The notes under the pieces are model-generated. The model was not told where the DNA came from. It saw only the letters and a list, made by a program, of their open reading frames with translations, and did no database searches. 64,000 nt of DNA, from NCBI GenBank assembly GCA_965214095.1, contig OZ243938.1, forward strand, positions 1,696,001 to 1,760,000, read 5' to 3'. The position numbers were made by a program, and so were the translations under genes. Below are positions 55,964 to 64,000 of the stretch, piece by piece. Each line of letters opens with the position of its first letter. The first letter of the stretch is position 1. The DNA comes from Candidatus Poribacteria bacterium (lineage in GTDB: Bacteria; Poribacteria; WGA-4E; WGA-3G).

Positions 55964-56040
55964 TGCGGGGGTTTAGCGTCTCCCCGCAGGACGTGTAGTG
56001 AAACGGGTCGCTATTGTTTACACGCCGCGACCAGAGCGAG
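55964..56040 (-). ncRNA. Leader motif copy 4
   Basis: GGTCGC-GGCGTGTAAACAATA-GCGACC and TGCGGGGA-GACGCTAAA-CCCCCGCA, about 35 nt upstream of the ATG. Confidence 0.6.
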
Positions 56041-56384
56041 GTCTTGTGTTGTCTTATCAAAATAATCAAAGAACCAATCTCCAATCTATTACATGTGTGA
56101 CCTTCTCATGCAACCAGACTACTTTAATCCGTTTGGAACGTATCGCTCCCATCATCAGTATTCACGTTACCTTGAATGTCAACAGTAAATATCGTTACGC
56201 TATCCGTTCCAATGAGACCTTTTTATCAGGTCCGTCATTTCACATCCTCATCAAGTTGGAGACTATAACACATAATGTCACCTTACAGGGGAGATAGAGG
56301 ATCATTACATGTTATAGCCTTGTAAGTGGCAGAACTCCTTATTCTCGCCTCTGCCTGTAGCGAGGTGTAAAAGCCTTGCGTTTG

Positions 56385-56525
56385 ATTATTTCCGTATTGA
56401 CATGTTCCGTGTCGCAGTGAAATCACCTACTGTGAGTATAGAAATACACACCTGCCGTGTTCCTCTCACCAAACATATTCGATCATCCCAAATGGATAAC
56501 ACGGTTTCTGCTACGATACACACCT
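56385..56525 (-). pseudogene. Orphan relic of an NPFNP-type C-terminal domain
   Basis: Translates with indels as GVYRSRNRVIH...GE...GVYFY...GDFTATRNMSIRK*. Confidence 0.75.
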
Positions 56526-56683
56526 TCCATAAATCCGCATAAATTATCGTAAAACAGTTAATGTGCTGTGTAGTTATAATAAATCATATTATCATATTAA
56601 TCGAATTATTTTATTATTAAGTCTATATCCAACTAATTATGATACAATATTTTTAGGTAATAAACAAGTTATGTCCATGAATA

Positions 56684-57547
56684 GGGTGTGTAAAGTTTTT
56701 GGCATGAAATTGCCTTGAATGGAGTTCTTGCTTTGCATGTATACACATAGTATCCTAACCTAATAAATAAATCACAATTTTAGGAGAGGATACCAATGTC
56801 AAGTCCATCATTGAGTGTTCATGAAAGCAACGATTGCGAAGATGATTTTAGAAAGATTGTCAAAGAAGTAAACGATCTCTATGGAGACATCAATGTTGAC
56901 GAGAGTTTATCTTTAGATGATGTTGAAGTTCGTGTTTTTGAAGCATTTCGTTCTCTTGAACAAAAGTTTTTAGAAATGTGTGTCTCTAAAAAGGCAGGTA
57001 AGAAAGAGAGTGAACCTGTTGAATGTCCGGAGTGTCCAGCACCTTGCCGTCTATTACGCAAGCGTGCGAAACATCTAACAACTCTTTGTGTCAAAATAAG
57101 TCCAAGGCGTTGGGTGTATTGTTGTGAACACGGACATAGGCATGCCCCGTGGGAAGTCAAACAGAAGTTATCGGATCAATTCGCTGAAGCGATGTGTCGT
57201 TTGTCTACGCGGCTTGCCTATAGGGAAGCATCAGAGGAGTTGTCTCATCAAGGGATAGAAGTGAGTCACACGACACTTCATCAAAGCGTGTGTCCGTGGT
57301 CAGAAGATTTGGATGTCCGTGAACAAGTAGAGGTTCAAGAACTTGCGGAAAATCAGCATTGGTATGTGAGTTGCGATGGGTGCCACACGAACTCTCCGGA
57401 TGGGTGGAAAGAGGTGAAAGTGGGGTGTATTTACAGAGATTATCCACAACCTGTTTCGGGTGGGACCCGAGTGTGAGAACAGAAAGTATTCGGTATGTTG
57501 CGGGTCGTCAGAATGCTGAAACTTTTGGTAAAAAGTTGTCCGCGTGA
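56684..57547 (+). mobile_element. Truncated ISKra4-like element
   Basis: Left end GGGTGTGTAAAGTTTTTGGCA; transposase from 56796 with CPEC, YCCEHGH and SCDG...GWKEVKVG; frameshifted and truncated. Confidence 0.75.
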
Positions 57548-57590
57548 AGTGCCAACGGTAATTCAGAGAGTTAACCACATATTTAGGAAA

Positions 57591-60500
57591 CTACGAACAC
57601 TGTTTTGGGAGTGTATATACACCTCGCTTTACCTTTATAATTTCACCGATGTTTACAAGCCGTGTGAGTTCTGTATTTATTGCTTTTGGATGTCCTTGAA
57701 TTGCCGCGGTGATTTCTGGTGTTTTTTTCTCTCCGTCAGCGAGAAGTGCGATAATTTGTTCACGGAAAGGAACACGTGCGAGTTTCCCGCCCCTCATTCT
57801 TTGCAACACTCGGTTTGCCTGCCTTGTGGAGCATCCCAAAATTCTCTCTACCTCTTTTCTACTGGATTCAGGTGTTAGCTTGTCGCGTTCCGTCTCAAAA
57901 CGTTGGCGTGTTGCTATTACCTCTGGAAGTTTGTCTAACCCACCGGCAACATCTAAATCTTCCCAGTCAAAAAGTAGCGTTTCAGGTCTGTCGGTAATCT
58001 CAGGAATGTGCAAAGCCGTCATCAACATAATTTTCTTGTTTGGCAAACGGTTCAGTTGAGCGAGTTCTATAATCTCTGTGAATATACGGAAGACCGTTAT
58101 TTCGTAAACGCTCTGGACGCGTTTGTCTTTGTAACGGTAGGACTCAGGTTCCATTTCATAAGAGAGGGGTTCTCCATCGTTTCCGAATAACATTTGTGTG
58201 CGTTTTAAAATGGCGCGTGGTCCCATATCCGGCATGCCGATCATCCAGATGACCTGTGCTTCTTGAAAAGCGTTTTCTAATCCTTCTGTCTCACGATAAA
58301 TCGTCAAGAAACAAACGTTCTTATGACTTTCGATATCTTCCAGTTGTTCAATTGCGTGAGGATGGACTATCATCCCATGCTTAATAGTTGGGTCTCTTTC
58401 AATTTCAGCTTGAATTCTCCAAAAAATGTGCTGTCCGGTTTTAGAAATCCCGAAAACGTCCCAAGTGTTGTTAGTGTCTACAATTGTCTTCCGTGGATAG
58501 ATATCAGTGCGGATCTGAAAGATGCGATTTCCAGGAATCCATGCTTCTGATGGTGTACGAAGGATTGCAGCTTCCGTATCTAAGAACGTACGACGGAGGT
58601 GTTCGTTGTGGAGAACTGGTGCGGTGACCAAAAGGCGTTTGACGTTCGGATGTAGGACTGGCGGCATCCAGAATGTTAGGACTTCATCCTCCCATCGCAT
58701 CGGTGCATCAGCGTCCCTCGTGTAATGTGCAAAGAAATGTTTGAGTTGATGCCAAAATGTCCAATTTGGATTTCGACAAACCGTTGGAAATTCTTGAATG
58801 GTTTCAACAGCTGTCGCGTCTAATATACCTAATCTGACGGCATCTGCCATTGACATCAAGATATTCATGTCTTCGTTAGGAACAAAAGTGTTGAGTTGGA
58901 AAAAGGGCAACTCTTGTGCCATCAGTTTATCCTCAGCAGTAGGATTCAAAGGAATATAAGCAGAGATACCTCGCTCAAACTCAATTGTAAAACGTGCTAA
59001 TTCCTCTTTGGTCTCCGCATCAGTAATCCCTCGTGTGACCACCCTGCCGCGTACATTAACGGCGCACATCTGATGGATGATTTCTTCTTCCAACCATTCA
59101 AACGTCTGTATAACTGTACGGAGGCGTCTGCTGAAAGTGTCGTGGGATTTGTCTCTGATTCCCAATACATTTAGTAGAACTATGGCAAAGTTTCCTAAAG
59201 CATTACCTTGCCAGTTGACGTTCCACTTCTTCAATGTGGTTTTTGATAGTTTACATTCAAGAAACAGTCTATGTTCTCTCGTGGCATTGATGATACAAAG
59301 CCGTTGTGTTCCATCGTGTGCTTTGAGAAGTTGTTCTGCTATATTTGCGTATTGTGGGTCCAAAAACAGACGATGATCCTCTATTATTTGTGTTTTGGCA
59401 GTTTGTAATGCGGAGGGTTGTGATAAATAACCACGTTCCTGACATGTTGTATAGACTCGGCACTTCGGACAGATAATTTCGCTCGGATTACCACCCTTTT
59501 TCTCAAGTGTTTCACACCGATCAGCATCCTCACAGACGTTTCCATGTTGAAAGGGGTTTGCCATGCGCTCGTCAATGGGAATATCTTTCACCTGATCCCA
59601 TAGATACATTCGATTCCGCCAACGTGCGAGGGATCCCACATTTCGCTTTTGAAAAAAATGTTCTGCTTCTGCCGCAAGTTCAGTATTTGAAGCGTTGAAA
59701 CAGATTATCTCACCATTCCGCAGAAGGGATTCTACTTCAAGTTTTTTCTCTGAGTCTGTTTCGGGAATAAGTCCAAGAACACGCACGTTCCTGTCAAAAG
59801 CACGCTGTATCTGAACGGTAATTTCTTGTCGTGTTTCATCAATCTTATTGGTGGGGTTTGACTTGTGTAACACCGGAGGAGGGCGTTTTATTGCCAGCGG
59901 ACTGAGTTTACCTTCCCGCATGGCGATTACGTTATCGTCTATGGGGAGCCCCGTTGCGGGGAGCGGTGGCAGAATACCAGTATCCTTCCAAACATCTGTT
60001 ATGAGTGTTGCCTCCGTTGGTATCACAGTATCGGATGTAGATGCACGGACCCATACGGCACCTTCGCTCTCCCACAATGCTACTTCTGTGTTGTCAATCT
60101 CACTACCCTTTTGGTTCCAATAGTAAAATCCATCCTCTTGTTTGACATAAGAAAACCCGCGCTTGAGAAATGCTTCTTTAGCGAGGTCAAGTTTACACGA
60201 TCCGAGAGTGTATGGCGGGTCGGGGATGATCACATGGTGTGCGTGTTCGGGAACAGGTTCGTGAAACGTAGCACGAAGTGCATTGATAGGGGCAAAGAAA
60301 ACCTCTTTAGATACCACAGGCGGATCTAACAGATCTCCAAGTAGAACTTCATAGCGTGCATCCCAACAATTGTATCCCTGATCACCAAAAATTTCAATAT
60401 ATGCTTCGTGTTTGTGTGGGTTCTCTGCTGTCGGTGTCTGTTTATATACAAACAACCGTTCCCGATCGGTATTCGGGTGCAGGTATCCCGGTATCCTACA

Positions 60501-60986
60501 AGAAAAGCGTAGTCCACCAGACTTTGTCATTGTCAATAATGGGTTTGCGACACTGTCAACAAGTGCTTGAATACAAGCAATAACGGCATCAGGTGCTGCG
60601 CAGAGTGCCTCATATTTGAAGTCAATATCATGCCATGGCGCGTCATCGCGTGCTGAGGGTGTACCTGTATATATCTGTATTCCCCACGACTTGTGTAATC
60701 GGATGGAATCCCAGTCCGTCGCTTGTTGCCGTTTCAGGAACCGTTTTCCTCCAAAATGCCGTGGGGGACGATCGGTGCCGGGAGCCTGTCCTATCGGCAT
60801 AAAAGATATACCTGCCATCTCCAAGTCTTGAAGCATCACAGGATATGTGTGTGCACAATAGACTGTGAAGTGGTAAGGAAGCCCTTTGTAAAGCGAAGGT
60901 TCTGAGATCGTTTTCTGTTGCTTCAGTGGCTTCTCGTGCCGTCGGTGGCAGCGTGAGATAATATTTTGTAGGACATTGGTTGTCAT
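57591..60986 (-). CDS. Large Prim-Pol-like / Cys-cluster helicase-like / HTH protein
   Basis: GIQIYTG...HDIDF...TKSGGLR, Cys cluster C-x5-C-x13-CPKC-x5-C, two C-terminal HTH-like segments; likely start at 60986 with GAGGA RBS. Confidence 0.6.
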   Translation of the reverse strand: MTTNVLQNIISRCHRRHEKPLKQQKTISEPSLYKGLPYHFTVYCAHTYPVMLQDLEMAGISFMPIGQAPGTDRPPRHFGGKRFLKRQQATDWDSIRLHKSWGIQIYTGTPSARDDAPWHDIDFKYEALCAAPDAVIACIQALVDSVANPLLTMTKSGGLRFSCRIPGYLHPNTDRERLFVYKQTPTAENPHKHEAYIEIFGDQGYNCWDARYEVLLGDLLDPPVVSKEVFFAPINALRATFHEPVPEHAHHVIIPDPPYTLGSCKLDLAKEAFLKRGFSYVKQEDGFYYWNQKGSEIDNTEVALWESEGAVWVRASTSDTVIPTEATLITDVWKDTGILPPLPATGLPIDDNVIAMREGKLSPLAIKRPPPVLHKSNPTNKIDETRQEITVQIQRAFDRNVRVLGLIPETDSEKKLEVESLLRNGEIICFNASNTELAAEAEHFFQKRNVGSLARWRNRMYLWDQVKDIPIDERMANPFQHGNVCEDADRCETLEKKGGNPSEIICPKCRVYTTCQERGYLSQPSALQTAKTQIIEDHRLFLDPQYANIAEQLLKAHDGTQRLCIINATREHRLFLECKLSKTTLKKWNVNWQGNALGNFAIVLLNVLGIRDKSHDTFSRRLRTVIQTFEWLEEEIIHQMCAVNVRGRVVTRGITDAETKEELARFTIEFERGISAYIPLNPTAEDKLMAQELPFFQLNTFVPNEDMNILMSMADAVRLGILDATAVETIQEFPTVCRNPNWTFWHQLKHFFAHYTRDADAPMRWEDEVLTFWMPPVLHPNVKRLLVTAPVLHNEHLRRTFLDTEAAILRTPSEAWIPGNRIFQIRTDIYPRKTIVDTNNTWDVFGISKTGQHIFWRIQAEIERDPTIKHGMIVHPHAIEQLEDIESHKNVCFLTIYRETEGLENAFQEAQVIWMIGMPDMGPRAILKRTQMLFGNDGEPLSYEMEPESYRYKDKRVQSVYEITVFRIFTEIIELAQLNRLPNKKIMLMTALHIPEITDRPETLLFDWEDLDVAGGLDKLPEVIATRQRFETERDKLTPESSRKEVERILGCSTRQANRVLQRMRGGKLARVPFREQIIALLADGEKKTPEITAAIQGHPKAINTELTRLVNIGEIIKVKRGVYTLPKQCS

Positions 60987-61728
60987 GAGATGGATGTCCT
61001 CAAACTTAGTATTTTGACAGTATTTAAGAGTATATATTATCAAGAATCCTATTTTCTGTCAAATGTTTGAAGATCTGCGCATGGTTATTTATGGTAAAAC
61101 GGACAATTAATGAAACATATTGTCCCAATTGCTTATTTATATAATGTCCGAGGTGCAATGAATTGCGCGACTACAAACGCGTTTTTCTAAATGTAAAGTG
61201 TATTGTTAATTTCAAATTTCACTATAAATAACCTTAGACATAGTAGTATTTGAAAAGAGAGCTTTCTGACAAGAAACGGACTAAAATGGTATACGTTTTC
61301 AGGTAAAATTAGCAATCTTCATAGACATAACTTGTTTATTACCTAAGAATATTGTATCATAGTTAGTTAGAAATAGTCTTTATAGTAAAATAATTTGAAT
61401 TTATAAATAAAATGACTTATTATAACTAATTAGCACATTCGCTGCCTTGTGATAATTTATGCGAACCTATGGAAGGGGTGTATCAAGAAATGACGCCACA
61501 AACAGAAACAGGTATCGGTGTCTATCCACTGCTGTATAATCGGCAGACTGAACCGTTGGATACTCGCTTGGATAATCATACATGTTGAAGTGTAAATATA
61601 CATTATCCAACGCGTTGTGTGTGCAAGGGTGATGAGACTATTCAGTTAGAGATAGTGCGTGATCTGATCTCTCAAGAATATCCATTTTGTATAAAGTAGT
61701 ATTACATTTGAAACAAAATAAGGAGTTT

Positions 61729-63324
61729 ATGATGAAACCCCTAATAGAACAACAAAAATACACTAAACTGATTCTGACGACATTATTGATGGTTATTGGT
61801 ATACAGGTGACAAGTTTGGCAGATATTACGCCTGTAAGTGACCGCACGCCGCAGGTGCGCGATGCTATTGTGGCTGCGGTGCCTGGCGTAAATAATGCTT
61901 CCGATGTGACTGAAGCACATCTCGCATCAATTACGGAACTGAACTTACGTTACACAAGTATCAGTGCCTTAAAAGTAGGTGATTTTTCGGGGTTGACAGC
62001 ATTGACAAATCTAAATTTATATGACAATGATCTGACAAGTCTCCCAGAAGATGTGTTTGATGGACTCACTGCTCTGATAAGACTCGAACTGTCCACTAAC
62101 GATTTGACTTCTTTACCCTCTGGTATCTTTGACGAACTCACTGCTCTGACAGCTCTCGGGCTGTCCGGAAACGATTTGACTTCTTTACCCTCTGGTATCT
62201 TTGACGAACTCATTGCTCTGACAACACTCAATCTGAATAGCAACGATTTGAGTTCATTACCCTCTGGTATCTTTGACGAACTCATTGCTCTGACAACACT
62301 CAATCTGAATAGCAACGATTTGAGTTCATTACCCTCTGGTATCTTTGACGAAAACACCGCTCTGACTTATATCGCTCTGTACAATAATGATTTGAGTTCA
62401 TTACCCTCTGGTATCTTTGACGTAAATACCGCACTGACAACGCTCTATCTGGAGCGCAATGACTTGACGAGTTTGCCATCGGGGGTCTTTGACAATCTCA
62501 CAACACTGACAAGGCTCACTCTACATAGTAATCAAATCAGCGATGTATCGGAACTAGAAGATTTGACTTCACTGACAACACTATACCTATCTGGAAATCC
62601 CATTTCAGATTACGGTCCCCTCCGCAATCTCAAAACAACCATTGAGGCAGCCGGTTCTAGTATTTCTATTGATATTGATATTGATAACAACCCACCTGTG
62701 TTCAGTGATGGCGACAGTACCACGCGCTCCATCGCAGAAAACACGGCATCAGGTCAAAACATTGGAGATGCGGTAGCCGCGACAGATGCGGATACCGATG
62801 ATACCTTGACCTATAGTCTCGGTGGCACGGATGCGTCATCCTTCAGTATTGTCAGCACATCTGGACAGCTGCAAACCAGTGCAGCGTTAGACTATGAAAC
62901 AAAGTCGTCTTACACGGTCACCGTTGACGTTTCTGATGGCAATGATGGCTTAGATCGTATCACCGTCACAATCAATGTCACCGATGTGGAAAATGCTGCG
63001 CCATCTGTTGAAACACCTCCTATAATTCCTGAGAATACCGCACTCCTGACCAACTTCCCCAACCCGTTCAACCCAGAGACGTGGATCCCGTATCAGTTGT
63101 CCAAATCTGCGGACGTTACGCTGACGATCTACAATATGCGTGGTGTCGTGGTGCGTGAGTTGAAGTTGGGGCATAAACCTGCGGATGTGTATACGAGTCG
63201 TAGCCGTGCTATCCATTGGGATGGTAGAAACAGTATCGGTGAAAAGGTTGCAACAGGTGTGTATTTCTATACACTTAAAGCGGGTGATTGGACTGCTACA
63301 CGCAAGATGTTGATATGGAAGTAG
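61729..63324 (+). CDS. Secreted LRR-cadherin protein with NPFNP C-terminal domain
   Basis: Signal peptide, 24-aa LRRs (LTSLPSGIFD), cadherin (ENT...ATDAD...LDYE), NFPNPFNPETWIPY; AAGGAG RBS. Confidence 0.9.
   Translation: MMKPLIEQQKYTKLILTTLLMVIGIQVTSLADITPVSDRTPQVRDAIVAAVPGVNNASDVTEAHLASITELNLRYTSISALKVGDFSGLTALTNLNLYDNDLTSLPEDVFDGLTALIRLELSTNDLTSLPSGIFDELTALTALGLSGNDLTSLPSGIFDELIALTTLNLNSNDLSSLPSGIFDELIALTTLNLNSNDLSSLPSGIFDENTALTYIALYNNDLSSLPSGIFDVNTALTTLYLERNDLTSLPSGVFDNLTTLTRLTLHSNQISDVSELEDLTSLTTLYLSGNPISDYGPLRNLKTTIEAAGSSISIDIDIDNNPPVFSDGDSTTRSIAENTASGQNIGDAVAATDADTDDTLTYSLGGTDASSFSIVSTSGQLQTSAALDYETKSSYTVTVDVSDGNDGLDRITVTINVTDVENAAPSVETPPIIPENTALLTNFPNPFNPETWIPYQLSKSADVTLTIYNMRGVVVRELKLGHKPADVYTSRSRAIHWDGRNSIGEKVATGVYFYTLKAGDWTATRKMLIWK
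62185..62352 (+). repeat. Exact 72-bp tandem repeat (2.3 copies) inside the LRR array
   Basis: Identical units start at 62185, 62257 and 62329. Confidence 0.9.
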
Positions 63325-63419
63325 CATTTTCACAAAACACGGAAGGGTGTAGGTTAACACCCTTCTATGAACAACCTGATTGCATATTGTGATCAGGGGT
63401 CCATAAAGAGGAGTTTTTA

Positions 63420-63690
63420 ATGAAAAACGTTAGATGTAAATCAAAGAAAATCGGACCTTGACAAGCGTTGGAATCGGTTTTGGTTATCAGTGGCGTATAG
63501 GACATGCTTTCGTGTTAAGGACAGAAGCGCAGTATCAACGCGTGTTCGTTGAAGATGAAGACGCTAATGAGTTCTCACTCATTCTCGGGATTGGCACTCG
63601 GTTCGGAAATGGTAAATCCAGCACCACTGAAGCACCGAACACGCAATAGCGATTTCACCGCGACGCGGAAAATGTTGATACGGAAGTAGA
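63420..63690 (+). pseudogene. Outer-membrane beta-barrel 3' fragment followed by an orphan C-terminal-domain tail
   Basis: GIGFGYQWR...LRTEAQYQR...GIGTRF, then DFTATRKMLIRK*. Confidence 0.6.
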
Positions 63691-63821
63691 AATATATCGG
63701 CGGAAGTATGGAAGCGAAAGGAAGTATGGCGGATGCGATTCCTACCCTTTCATACTTCCAATCTTCCACTCAACAACATGATTGCACATAACAATCAATT
63801 GTCCAAAATAAGGAGTTGATT

Positions 63822-64000
63822 ATGAACACATACATTCTAAAACAAAAAAGTTTTGTATTCATACTGGTTACCATTTTGATGGTTACCCTTGGGACGCAAA
63901 GTATCAGTTACGGACAGGAAGCAAACCCAACAATCACAGCATCTGTTGAAGTGCCATTGACGGAAGCAAATCTTAATGAGCAAACAGTTACAATTACGCT
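63822..64000 (+). CDS. Secreted protein, 3'-partial
   Basis: AAGGAG RBS, ATG, signal peptide MNTYILKQKSFVFILVTILMVTLGTQSISYG; open to the window end. Confidence 0.75.
   Translation, partial: MNTYILKQKSFVFILVTILMVTLGTQSISYGQEANPTITASVEVPLTEANLNEQTVTIT

Noticed and set aside
31236-56040. Classical integron
   Set aside because: The recombinase is Cre-like with no evident IntI-specific insertion, and I could not identify attC sites with RYYYAAC/GTTRRRY cores.
56343-56380. Possible fifth leader-motif copy (CGAGGTGTAAAAGCCTTG)
   Set aside because: It lacks the GGCG loop start and the second hairpin, and has no downstream gene; more like a REP-type hairpin.
61729-63324. Diversity-generating retroelement acting on the LRR gene
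   Set aside because: No reverse transcriptase or template repeat with adenine-specific differences in the window.
46-63769. Numerous short antisense or overlapping ORFs in the six-frame track
   Set aside because: They are shadows of longer, motif-supported genes and lack RBS or recognisable domains.
1-64000. CRISPR array or cas genes
   Set aside because: No regularly spaced direct repeats with unique spacers; tandem repeats are coding (LRR, WD40) and no Cas motifs were seen.

Overview
Bacterial chromosome segment, most consistent with Candidatus Poribacteria or a related sponge-associated lineage (inferred from the many secreted WD40/LRR/cadherin/dockerin proteins ending in NxPNPFNPETWIPY...TRKMLIxK). 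The left part (1-29.3 kb) is core genome: TPR protein, class V aminotransferase, guaA, OmpA/DUF4398 pair, rplU-rpmA, RNase G/E, a PorX-like response regulator with its kinase, a sulfite reductase-TusA fusion, tRNA-Leu(CAG), ilvB-ilvN-(EamA)-ilvC behind a canonical T-box with a probable Val specifier, and sodA. The right part (29.5-64 kb) is a decaying accessory region: IS5, IS3 and ISKra4-like remnants, a broken tyrosine recombinase, modular secreted proteins with two kinds of C-terminal sorting-like domain, a degenerate primase-helicase-like protein and many pseudogenes. Main unexplained signals: (1) a four-copy two-hairpin leader motif with covarying stems around an invariant GGCGUGUAAA loop; (2) several unrelated MITE families that each enclose a REP-like hairpin; (3) a three-gene paralog set repeated on the opposite strand in non-inverted order, with one copy of each pair inactivated and an LRR/WD40 domain swap. 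All calls are by eye; no database searches were run.
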